The position numbers and the translations under genes are program-made. The notes under the pieces were generated by a model. The model searched no databases. It saw only the letters and a program-made list of their open reading frames with translations, and was not told where the DNA came from. Shown in pieces: positions 21,321 through 32,979 of a DNA stretch of 64,000 nucleotides; positions within the stretch are counted from its first letter, which is position 1, and each line of letters begins with the position of its first letter. The DNA is from Octopus vulgaris (Eukaryota): the NCBI GenBank assembly GCA_951406725.2, contig OX597822.1, forward strand, positions 110,112,001 through 110,176,000. Reading direction: 5' to 3'.

Positions 21321-23813
21321 CTATACCGGTGCTTTTTGTCATCCATGTCAGTGTGTCATTTTCTATAGAGTTAATAAACGGTTCTATATAAATGTCTATA
21401 CTTGGAAACCTGAAACCTTGGACTATGATATTTGTTCCTTCTTCTTGATGCAGTCTTCCTGAGTTAAATTTCCACCGATGGCAACTTAATTTTTCAGCCT
21501 AATGAGGCTGAAAAAAAGGGAGTATCAGTCAAGTACCGCAATCGATTTTTTGATTAATTTATACCTCTAAATTTCTTAAACTTGAGCCTGTATCAGAAAT
21601 AATAATTATTATTATCAGAGCTTTTATAGATTCGCTTCTACTCATCTGACAAAATGTGTGATTGACAGAAACATTTTTTGTTGGATTATGAACAAGACAG
21701 AACGAGTAAAAGTTATCAACTATCTTAAAAAATCTATTATGATAGTTTAGCATATGGTATACTTCCTTTGGCTCATTGACAATATTCGTTGTTCAAATAT
21801 ACAAATATCACCACACATAAATTTGTCTTACCATGTCTTGTTCCCTTAACTCCTGGTGGAGTCTTTAGGGGCGGCATCGTGATATACGGCGTGTGTTGAG
21901 CTTTCATTAGACTCTTTAACTATAGCTTATTTCTTCTAGAAAGCGAGACAGACAAAGAAAATGAATGAGAGAACGAGAAGAATTGATCTCAGTACAGAAC
22001 TGGTTCTTTATTTAGAAAATTACATTTTTTAAAAATCTCACATCGTGAGAAATGCAGATATTGTTTTCAGCTGAGTGGGTTAACTTTATGTGTATGTATA
22101 AATACATACACATATATTATAGAAAGACAAACATATAAAGCTAGGAAGAATATGAAGTAGTGAGGAGACACATAATACATGCAATTAAAAAAAGACAACT
22201 GATGGAAAAGCTTAGACGCATGACGCGAAACAACAGCAATCAAAAAATGAAGAGAACAGAAGAGAACCTAAAGTTTTGTGCTATACTTTTAATCAAAAAG
22301 AAGAAAAGAAAAAAAAAACAGAAATAAGAGGTAAAGACAAAGGAATGATGGCTATTTTACACTTCTTTTTACAAAGTAGGATTGATGTAGAAAAACAGTC
22401 GAGGAGTGGATATAAAGCACCTGATATGGAAACACAATAAGGATCATGGGGAGAGTAAGTCTGGAAAAAGAGTGGGAGTATTAGTGAGGAAGAAGGGAAG
22501 GGAAGGAGAAAGGAGCGTGAGAGAGAAAAGTAAGTGCGAAATAGTGAAAAGCGAAGTGGGTGAGTTCAAAAAGAGATGTGTATGGATAGTGAAGTGTAGT
22601 TAAATGTGCAATGTTTCCATTTATGGAGATGTTAAATAGCATCTAATATTGTCTTCGATCTAGAATCTAAACCCGTATTTTGTTACTTTATTTGTAAAGA
22701 GTTTTCGACTACATCTGTTTCGTCGCCTATAATACTTGAAAATTAGTTAGACTAGTATTTTTAGAGTGTGTAAATGTTTTAGTTAAATTCGTCTTCAGTT
22801 GCTTTTCTTTCCATTAAAATTGGAAAAGATTTGTTGAAAATTATGGAATCGATTTCAGATGGAAGATTAGCAAAAATCGAACATGCTGGTCTTTTGAAGT
22901 TAGTTGTAAAAGAAAGATATTAAACACTGGGAGACATTTACTATGACACTTTCCCATTTCTTACAAATTCGCCATTTTCACTCGATTCTTTAATATATCA
23001 GCAACAACCGTGTGTAATAGAGTGATATTTGATGAGATATATCTTCAAATTATCGCTTACATCAATGTATGAGAACACTCTCCTTTTTATCCAGCTATTA
23101 ATATTCTTTACCTCCAAATATTTATGAAGTGTTTTTCCTTTACTTCTTTCGAAGAGAAATGAACTTTCATATCGCTGGTAGACATGTAATGGCTGTTTAT
23201 CTTCAAAGCTTTATAGCAGGATATTGTTTGGCAAATAAAACTGCATATTTGGTCAAATTTCCAGGTTATAGCGACCAGGTATGGCATAGATAATGATTTA
23301 TCTATGCCTGATATCAAACAGATATCGATTTCCTTAATATCTAATAGCAAGTTACAATAAAAATGTTATGCTCTCTTTCGAAAAACATTCCAGAGCAATT
23401 TTTTTTAATACGGAGTGCGACAGAAAAAAACTTCCTATATTTTACATGGCCATTGATGTGACGCTAATGAAGTTAGGCTCAAGGTAATGGTATCTTCATG
23501 TCGCTACTGTTTCGTGGTTTTCTTTTGGGCCGGTGCAGAACATCCGTTTGCGGTTGAAATATTTGAAACGCCCAGCATTTCATCGAATGGCACGATGTTC
23601 ATTCTGCTATCGTGTCTTTTTTTATTCAGCTCTGTCGGAATGACTGTACATGTAACTTAAGGGTCAGACGTGTCCCGTTGAATCTGACTGGCATTAGGTT
23701 CAGAAACAGAAAAAATGTTGGCGGAATGTTGAGGGATTTATACTTTCATTCAAAGAAAAGCAAAATATACATACATACGTACGTACGTACGTACATTTGC
23801 ATATATATGTCTA

Positions 23814-23855
<42 letters not shown>

Positions 23856-23933
23856 ATATACATGTGTATCTTTATATATAAATTTATATACATGTTTATA
23901 TCTTTATATATAAATTTATATACATGTTTATAT

Positions 23934-23979
<46 letters not shown>

Positions 23980-24117
23980 CGGAGATGTACTCGCATAGCA
24001 AGTAATTTGATCTGAGATCGTGTGCTGAAACGAAAACAATTGCAGTGTGGAAGGTGTTTATAAGCCATTTAAGAAACACACAAAAGCCGTTCGATTCACT
24101 TCAACATTTAAGTTTAA

Positions 24118-24167
24118 TTTGTCAAAATATTTTCGTCGCTAAAATCCGCGACCTGTTCACTGACAAA
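24118..24167 (-). ncRNA. Hammerhead variant with G3-C8 core
   Basis: Minus strand: TTTGTCA-GTGAACA-G-GTCGC[GGATTTTA]GCGAC-GAAA-ATAT-TT-TGACAAA. Confidence 0.7.
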
Positions 24168-24203
24168 AATGTTAGGAGGTAAAGAATATTAATAGCACGG
24201 ATT

Positions 24204-24253
24204 TTTGTCAGTGAATAGGTCGCGGATTTTAGCGACGAAAATATTTTGACAAA
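24204..24253 (+). ncRNA. Hammerhead variant, G3-U8 copy
   Basis: TTTGTCA-GTGAATA-G-GTCGC[8]GCGAC-GAAA-ATAT-TT-TGACAAA. Confidence 0.6.
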
Positions 24254-24347
24254 TTAAACTTAAATGTTGAAGTGAATCGAAATCGAAAGGCTTTTGTGTG
24301 TTTCTTAAATGGCTTATAAACACCTTCCACGCTGCAATTGTATATAT

Positions 24348-24437
<90 letters not shown>

Positions 24438-25049
24438 CATTATAATGTTGGTCCTGTACTATTATTGTCGCCACTAATATGTTGTGGCAGTATTCCACGT
24501 CTTAACTTTGACTTGTCAATCGTACCATCGCCGACAATGACTTTGAAAACGTTTGCCTTGACGGTAACTCGAACTCGTATACATCACGTAACTGATACTG
24601 ACTCCAACTCGTACAACGACTGTACTACTACTGACTTCCTACAACGACAGAGTTTCTGACTTAACAGTGGCTGAATCATACCACTTTGACACGTGGAAAG
24701 GAGTGTAACATTTTCACAACACACACACACACACACACACATATACATACACACACATACGCACACACAAACACGTGTGTACTTACATATACACATGTAT
24801 AATGTATATCTCTATATATATATATGCACAGACAAAATATTATGTGTATCTTATTAACAGGATTTAGTTTTTATTTGTATTATTGTGTTTTCTATGCATA
24901 TGCACAAACTCTCGATGTCCATTTTCCCGTAATCCACGACACTGGTCTAAGTATATAGAGGATCAGTCTTAAGGTTGCGGTCCTAGCTATGCTATGAATG
25001 TGTTTTTTGCCAGAAGAGATTCTCGATAATAGAGGAACATTAGCATTTA

Positions 25050-25520
25050 GAGAAACTGTGAGGATTCCTACTTAGTACTACTTTACTTCAGGAGGTGTAT
25101 GGTGTGTTCTTAATATTAATATGTTCTTAATATGAGCATGGATCAACTGAAAATGCTCTCAATGCCTTCATTAATAGAACCAATGCAGGCTTGGTGTTTG
25201 CACATGGATAAAAAAGGGTTGCGGAAAGTTAGAGAGAAATGGTCATAGCAATGTGGGCATTGTTGGATGTGCTACCAAGTCGATCATTAATGTTCGGAAG
25301 TAGGTCATTGGTATATGGATGGAAGAGAGTGAACAGCAAAACCGAATCCTGGGGGGTGGGGGACACTATAATTAACTGAGAGGGGAGCACAAAGAGCTTC
25401 GGCAACATATTACGTCAAGATGCAATTAGATAGGTAGGTACTAATCCAAGAGTTGAGAGATAGGTGATGCCTGTAGTGTTGATAGGAAATTTGTGTACCA
25501 GACATGGTCGAAAAAAAAAA
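25050..25520 (-). pseudogene. Highly decayed LINE RT fragment
   Basis: Minus strand FDHVWYTNFLSTL ... PQDSVLLFTLF..YTNDL resembles AFDxVWH / GVPQGSVL / YxND. Confidence 0.5.
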
Positions 25521-26090
25521 TACCCACCCAGTGTTCATTACAGTATCTTCTCTGTTTTACTGTACGTCTCCATCTAATCATTCTATTATCTATATTTATA
25601 TCTTCATAGCTAGCGATATTTAGTCCTCTCACGAATCTGTTTCGTTATAATTACTCCTGGCTTTAATTATTTATTGCTCCCTCTCTCTTTCACCCTTTCT
25701 CTTCAATTGTATACTCTGTTCTACCCGTCCCTTGTTTCACACTGATGTTTCCTTTCTGTTCCTCAATATCCAATGAACTCTAATCAATTTCTATACTTTT
25801 AATGAACACAATGATAAATAGGTATATGCTCACATCGTCCCATATTCTAATCCACGTGCGCATGCACAGAAACAGACATGGAGTGCAAGAGGGAGGAATG
25901 GAGGGAGGGAGAAAGCGAGAGGTGGAGATAAGCACAATGATTTTATACAAGACGTAATATGGTAAGTTCGAGAGATGTTTCATCAGGTAGGAGCTAAAGA
26001 GCATCTGAAAAACACGAGACGTCAAGGGAATTTGTGCGTGATCGGTTCTATTGCTAGAAACAGTAGGTAAATCTCCCGCAAGTCCCGACA

Positions 26091-26783
26091 TACCTATTTC
26101 ATACAGAGAGGACAAACAAGGACAAAGGCAAAGTCGACCTCGGCGGAATTTGAACTCAGAACGTAGCGGCAGACGAAATACCTATTTCTTTACTACCCAC
26201 AGGGGGCTAAACACAGAGGGGACAAACACGGACAGACAGACGGATTAAGTCGATTACATCAACCCCAGTGCGTAACTGGTACATATTTAATCGACCCCGA
26301 AACGATGAAAGGCAAAGTCGACCTCGGTGGAATTTGAACTCAGAACGTAGCGGCAGACGAAATGCCTATTTCCTTACTACCCACAGGGGGGTAAACACAG
26401 AGAGGACAAACAAGGACAGACGGACGGATTAAGTCGATTACATCGACCCCAGTGCGTAACTGGTACATATTTAATCGACCCCGAAACGATGAAAGGCAAA
26501 GTCGGCCTCGGCGGAATGTGAACTCAGAACGTAACGGCAGACGAAATACCTATTTCTTTACTACCCACAAGGGGCTAAACATAGAGAGGACAAACAAGGA
26601 CAGACATAGGTATTAAGTCGATTACATCGACCACAGTACGTAACTGGTACTTAATTTATCGAACCCCGAAAGGATGAAAGCAAAGTCGACCTCTGCGGAA
26701 TTTGAACTCAGAACGTGGTGGCAGACGAAATACCGTTAAGCATTTCGCCCGGCGTGCTAACGTTTTTGCCAGCTCGCCGCCTT
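26091..26783 (-). mobile_element. Head-to-tail array of tRNA-SINE (one full copy, two ~184-bp headless units, one deleted unit)
   Basis: Head AGGCGGCGAGCTGGCA, B-box GAGTTCAAATTCC, Meta-like core CTTTCATCCTTTCGGGGTCGAT. Junctions all at GACGAAAT(A/G)CCTATTTC. Confidence 0.9.
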
Positions 26784-26795
26784 AACAATGTGTGA

Positions 26796-26914
26796 TGCTT
26801 ACAGCACCAAGTTTTCCCAAGCGGTCACCCATCTAAGTACTAACTAGGCTCGACGTTGATTAACTTCGATGATCGGACGAGAACCGGTGCTTTCAACGTG
26901 ATATGGTCGTAAGC
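26796..26914 (-). rRNA. 5S rRNA copy, probably a pseudogene
   Basis: Minus strand GCTTACGACCATATCACGTTGAAAGCACCGGTTCTCGTCCGATC...AGTTAGTACTTAGATGGGTGACCGCTTGGGAA...GCTGTAAGC, ~119 nt. Apparent substitutions in the internal promoter and no oligo-T terminator. Confidence 0.85.
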
Positions 26915-26979
26915 ACAAGTCACGACATACCGTCTTTAAAATGGAAGCAACTTGGATATAAAGATAAAGTATATTACAT

Positions 26980-27304
26980 GGAAGCACTCCGTCGGTTACG
27001 ACGACGAGGGTTCCGGTTGATCCGAATCAATGCAAATTAACGTGTAAGTGGCTCAGCACTCCACAGACACGTGTACCCTTAACGTAGTTCTCGGGGATAT
27101 TCAGCGTGACACAGAGAGTGACAAGGCCGGCCCTTTGAAATACAGGTACAACAGAAACAGGAAGTAAGAGTGAGAGAAAGTTATGGTGAAAGAGTACAGC
27201 AGGGATCACCACCATCCCCTGCCGGAGCCTCGTGGAACTTTAGGTGTTTTCGCTCAATAAACACTCACAACGCTGCCCTAACCACTGGGCCATTGCCCCT
27301 TCAC
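26980..27304 (-). mobile_element. tRNA-derived SINE (third family)
   Basis: Head GCAATGGCCCAGTGGTTAGGGCAGCG with B-box region deleted; tail GTCGTCGTAACCGACGGAGTGCTTCC; TSD GTATATTACAT. Confidence 0.8.
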
Positions 27305-27909
27305 ATGTATATTACATAAGAATTAGAAGACTATATCTTTAACTAAGTTATGAGTTTACCTGAAATGAGAGCAAACTCTTAAAAATCCAATTTTGCTATA
27401 TCTTAATACAAATGCTGCTTTTATTTACAATTTGACTACCATTTATTTTTCTAAAAACCTACAGCTCACTTTGCGCACTTCCCTCTCAACACTTTTTATT
27501 CACTGCAAACGCCGTCTGTTCTTTTTCCTGTCGACTTCTTTAAACTTAGATTCAGCTATTTGTTACTTCCGCCCGCCAATTGTTACAGCAATTATAATTT
27601 TAAAGGAAGGAAGGAAATATTTGTTCGCGTATAGCAAAGAATACAAATCAAAGTACAGTTTCGTTACTTTTATAACTTACGGGTTTTCATATAAATGCTT
27701 CTTATAAAGAGTTATTTAATGTTTTCAAGTTATTTCACTTTTATTTACATCTTTCATATGATTATTTATTTCATTACTTTTTTTTCGTTCCCGTTCATAT
27801 TTCATTAAATTATAAGCTTCAGCCTTTCTTTAAAAGTTAGGAAGTAGTCCTATACACACACACACACACACACACATACATATACACACTCACACACACA
27901 CACGTGCAC

Positions 27910-28302
27910 GCACACACATTAACATATTTATATATATACACGCTCATTTACATATATACACGCACACACATGCACACACACACGCACACACATTAACATA
28001 TTTATATATATACACGCTCATTTACATATATACACGCACACACATGTACACACACACGCACACATACATTAACATATTTATATATATACACGCTCATTTA
28101 CATATATACACGCACACACATGCACACACACACGCACACATACATTAACATATTTATATATATACACGCTCATTTACATATATACACGCACACAGATGCA
28201 CACACACACGCACACATACATTAACATATTTATATATATACACGCTCATTTACATATATACACGCACACACATGCACACACACACGCACACATACCTTAA
28301 CA

Positions 28303-28310
<8 letters not shown>
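27910..28310 (+). repeat. Minisatellite, ~76-bp unit x5
   Basis: ATTAACATATTTATATATATACACGCTCATTTACA... recurs at 27918, 27992, 28068, 28144, 28220, with a partial unit at 28296. Confidence 0.9.
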
Positions 28311-28338
<28 letters not shown>

Positions 28339-28561
28339 CACGCACTCACATATATATACATATACACACACATACACATACATACACATAAATTATTCAC
28401 AATTTACAACCAGAAGGCACAAGTTTAGACGTCACTAAAGTGACAAAGGGCACTGGTCAGCACCAGCATTGCTAGAAATAAGAGTCAGAACCACTCTTAG
28501 CCACGGGGAAGCATTATTTATTTATTTATATGTATGTATGTATGTATGTATGTATATACAT

Positions 28562-28639
<78 letters not shown>

Positions 28640-28739
28640 TCCATGTGGTTGGGAAGCACGCTCCTTACCACATACACACACACACACACACATATATACA
28701 AGTGTCTGTGTGAGCGTCTTTGTGTATGCGCGTGTGTGT

Positions 28740-28928
28740 TTGTGTCTGTGTTTAGCCCTTTCCCCGTAACTTAGTGGTTCGACAAAAGAGACCGATAGAA
28801 TAAGTACAAGGCTTAAGGAAAGAAGTACTAGGGTCGATTTGTTCGACAAAAACCAATCAAGGCCGTGCTCCAGCATGACCGCAGTCAAATGACTGAAACA
28901 AGTAAAATAATAAAAGAATAAAAGAATA
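28740..28928 (+). mobile_element. SINE 3' part (CORE-like family)
   Basis: GGTTCGACAAAAGAGACCGATAGAATAAGTAC...GCTCCAGCATGACCGCAGTCAAATGACTGAAACAAGT, AAAAGAAT tail. Confidence 0.7.
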
Positions 28929-28929
28929 T

Positions 28930-29098
28930 CTACTATCTATCTATCTGTCTGTCTGTATGTCTGTCTATCTGTATGTCTATCTATCTAACCAACTATCTGT
29001 ATATCTATCTATCTATCTATCTATCTGTCTATCCATCTATCTATCCATCTATCTATCCATCCATCCATCTATCTATCTATCTATCCATCTATCTATCC

Positions 29099-29174
<76 letters not shown>

Positions 29175-29197
29175 GTCTATCTGTCTATCTGTCTGTG

Positions 29198-29242
<45 letters not shown>

Positions 29243-29252
29243 GTCTATCTGC

Positions 29253-29291
<39 letters not shown>

Positions 29292-29305
29292 CCTGTCTAT
29301 CTATA
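28930..29305. repeat. (ATCT)n/(GTCT)n microsatellite
   Basis: Direct observation. Confidence 0.95.
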
Positions 29306-29379
29306 TATGTATTATATACTTACCTATCTAAACAATATGTCTATACATACTCGCCACATAAGCATACACACCGAAAGAT

Positions 29380-29721
29380 ATTTATTTTTTGCCCACAGGG
29401 GCCTAAACATAGAGGGGACAAAGAAGGACAGACAAAGGGATTAAGTCGATTACATCCACTCCAGTGCATAACTGGTTCTTATTTAATCGACCACGAAAAA
29501 ATGAAAGGCAAAGTCGATCTCCGCAGAATTTGAACTCAGAACGGAACGGCAGACGGCATACCTATTTCTTTACTACCCACAAGGGGCTAAACAGAGAGAG
29601 GACAAACAAGGACAGACAAACGGATTACGTCGATTATATCGACCCCAGTGCGTAACTGGTACTTATTTAATCGACCCCGAAAGGATGAAAGGCAAAGTCG
29701 ACCTCGGCGGAATTTGAACTC
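29380..29721 (-). mobile_element. Dimer of headless tRNA-SINE units (same family as 26091-26783)
   Basis: Two units joined at GGCAGACGGCATACCTATTTC. Confidence 0.85.
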
Positions 29722-30004
29722 TCTAACGCCATTGTATCAATCTAACACCAATGTATCAATCTGTTCCCGAATAAAAGACACGTAAAAATTGTCAAATTTA
29801 GCCCGAACAACCTGTATATAACCTCTTACTACAGAAATTATATTCTATTCTTTTAGTCTTACACTAGAAAGTATAAAACCTTTTGTCGAAAGGATCTGCA
29901 TAGCAGATATTACATCAAAAGCAAAGAAACATATATACCTGTGCCGAAAATATTTCAAAAATCTATTACATAAAAATTAGAGTTATGAAATTTGTTAAAA
30001 ACAC

Positions 30005-31280
30005 TTATTTTTCGTTTAGAATATCTAAATAAAAAAAAATTGACAAATATTCATTTGGAGATAGACTTCCTTGAGAAACATCCGAATCTTTACAGAAACG
30101 ATAATGATAAACCGGAAACGAAGAATTTTAAGATATTACCTATTCATATAAATTGTCTCTTATGAAAACGTGCCTCGTTTTAGATTCATCGTATCAGTTT
30201 TGAGCAACTAGTAAATAAACTGAATAACTTAAAACTATTATCTACACATAAATATTATTTTCTCAGGCACTGTTTTTTTCCATGAATATTTTCGTCTTTA
30301 TTTAATAGACATCCAGTAATAGCTAGACTAAGTCATCTGTCACGTTTTTATTTGTGTGTATGTGTCGTGCTGTTCCGAACACTGTCAGTTTTCTTTTTCT
30401 GGAGCCAATAACGAATAAAAATATATTAGTAGTAATAAAATAATTGGTAAATCTTTGTGACGTGAAATCAAACATTCACTTATAACTTTCAGACTGATTA
30501 AGAAATGTTCAATCAAGTTGTCAGTCGATGTCTGTAAGCCCTAAAATATCACATCAATCTTCCAGTTATTTGGGTTCCCGAATATGAAAGATGTCTTTCT
30601 CTTTCTTCTTCTTGACTGCTATGACAGCACTGTGGAAGATTTTCATTGTTCAAACCACAATGTCAGTGACGAGATACAAATTTACAAGACTAATTACTCT
30701 GCAGTTACGATACGAACTTACAGGACACTCTCTCATCGTCAATTGCAAGTGCTTGTTCAAAGTAATTAATTTGCAATAAGGATCTAGTTTATTAAATACA
30801 GAGCACGTTCGGTAATTTATAGATTTGTTTTACTTCCTTCAATCATCTGAACAATTTCCCCGTCTCCTGCTACAGGCCTAAAGCACCATTTATTGCTCCT
30901 TTGGAACTATAAAGCTTATTTTATTTTACATCGTTATGAAAGAAACCGAATTAGTCGTATTTCCATTCACTGTTTCTCATGAGATACTTTATAGACACTT
31001 AATAATCAATATTGTATTTGGCAGCTTCCACATTCGAAGTTTTCATGTGAATGGTCAACTCAGAACCAAAACAAATCAAATAATAATTCCAAATGATGTT
31101 ACTATGCCTGCAAAATGGTGTCAATTAAGAACATTTACAAGAGTCTATTAAGAGGTTCAATCTTTGATTTTCATATTTGGTATTTTCTGGAAACATTATT
31201 TTTCGTTTAGAATATCTAAATAGAGAAAAAAAATTGGTAAATATTCATTTGGAAATAGAGTTCCTTGAGAGACATCCAAA
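30005..31280 (+). repeat. ~80-bp imperfect direct repeats (30005-30085, 31197-31280)
   Basis: TTATTTTTCGTTTAGAATATCTAAAT...AATATTCATTTGGA.ATAGA.TTCCTTGAGA.ACATCC occurs twice. Confidence 0.7.
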
Positions 31281-31587
31281 CAGGAATCTCTTCCGAGATC
31301 TATTTTTCAATTTTTTTTTGTAATTTTTTTTAATTAATGAAATAATTCATTTGAATTTTCAAGTTTATCGATTTACGTTTCGATTCTAAGCACTTTGTTA
31401 AACAAATCTTGGTGTTATGCATCATTTAAACATATCTTGATCGGATTTAGTCTCACTGCGTGGCACCTTTGGCAGGTGTCTTCTACTATAGCGTCGGACC
31501 AATTAAAGCCTTGTGAGTGGATTTCGTAGACAGAAACTGAAAGAAGCCAGTTGTGCGTGTGGGTGAGTGTTTATATATATATTTATT

Positions 31588-31647
<60 letters not shown>

Positions 31648-31740
31648 CATATATATACATATATATACATATATACATATATATACACTGCACGCATTTT
31701 TTTTCTCTCCTTCTTTCTGTGTTTTTTTTCTCTCTGTGTA

Positions 31741-31778
31741 TCTTTCTGTTGAAGAGCGTAGGCTCGAAACGTTAAAGA
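31741..31778 (+). ncRNA. Minimal hammerhead variant (CUGUUGA core)
   Basis: TCTTT-CTGTTGA-A-GAGC[GTAG]GCTC-GAAA-CG-TT-AAAGA, inside a ~190-bp unit (31690-31878) flanked by (TA)n. Confidence 0.65.
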
Positions 31779-31878
31779 CTTGTTTTATTTATATTTCCTG
31801 AGCGCCATACTAATACAATTGTTCGTTTGTTTTCCACCTGCCTTCGTCTTTTGTCTATTTTCATAAAGCTTCCCGTTA

Positions 31879-31897
31879 TACATATATATACATATAT

Positions 31898-31928
<31 letters not shown>

Positions 31929-31941
31929 CATACATATATAT

Positions 31942-31974
<33 letters not shown>

Positions 31975-32289
31975 CATACATATATATATACATACATATA
32001 TATATACATACATATATATATATATACATACACATATATATATATACATACACATATATATACATACATACATATATATATACATGCATATATATATACA
32101 TACATATATATATACATACATATATATATACATATATATATACATATATATATACATACATATATATACATATATATATACATACATATATATATACATA
32201 TATATATACATACACATATACATACATATATACATACATATATAGATACATATATATATACATATATATATACATACATATATATATAC

Positions 32290-32329
<40 letters not shown>

Positions 32330-32345
32330 ATATATGTATATATAT
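31879..32345. repeat. Compound (TA)n/(TACA)n microsatellite
   Basis: Direct observation. Confidence 0.95.
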
Positions 32346-32748
32346 GATGGTGCGTGTGTTTGTGTGCGTGTTTATCCCCTCACAGCTTGTCAACCTGTGT
32401 TGGTGTGTTTATGTCACTGTAACTTAGCAGCTCGGCATACGAGATCGATAGAATAAAATGTACTGCGGTCTAGTCATTCGACTAAAGATTCTTCACAGTG
32501 GTGCCCCAGAATGGCCACAGACTAATGACTGAAACAAGTAAAAGGTAAGAGATAATATAAAAAAAAATCTGAGAAAGAAATTTGGTTCCGGGATTATACA
32601 ACAGAATTTCTCATTTAATCATATTTCTTAAAGGAGAAGTGAAATAATAGTTTAAGATGTTCATGCTTTCATTTAGGAAATGTTACCCAAAAGAAGTGAG
32701 AAAAAAATAAGAAAAACTGAAAGCCGTTTGTAGATTTGATATATACCT

Positions 32749-32979
32749 ATTTCTTTATTACCCACAAGGGGCTAAACATAGAGGGGACAAACAAGGACAG
32801 ACATAGGTATTAAGTCGATTACATCGACCTCAGTGCGTAACTGGTACTTAATTTATCGACCGCGAAAGGATGAAAGGCAAAGTCGACCTCGGCGGAATTT
32901 GAACTCAGAACGTAGCGGCAGACGAAATACCGCTCAGCATTTCGTCCGGCGCGCTAACGTTTCTGCCAGCTCGCCGCCT
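32749..32979 (-). mobile_element. Full-length young tRNA-SINE with 14-bp TSD
   Basis: A/B boxes present; TSD TTTGATATATACCT at 32735-32748 and 32980-32993. Confidence 0.9.

Larger units (their letters stand above)
24037..24340. repeat. Inverted repeat of a Penelope-like terminal unit (arms of ~135 bp, 30-nt spacer)
   Basis: 24037-24170 is the reverse complement of 24201-24340 with few differences. Flanked by (TA)n. Confidence 0.9.
31448..32548 (+). mobile_element. CORE-like SINE split by (TA)n expansions and a hammerhead-bearing unit
   Basis: 5' part CACTGCGTGGCACCTTTGGCAGGTGTCTTCTACTATAGC (31448-31550) and 3' part ...ATGACTGAAACAAGT (32370-32548). Confidence 0.65.

Noticed and set aside
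22620-23350. Coding-like stretch, possibly a decayed transposase
   Set aside because: No diagnostic motif could be read in any frame.
26091-26783. Regular repeats that could be taken for a CRISPR array
   Set aside because: Units are whole ~184-bp SINE bodies with no unique spacers, no cas genes, and the context is eukaryotic.
30584-30779. Two short ATG ORFs in unique sequence
   Set aside because: About 60 aa, no recognisable motif or supported splice structure.
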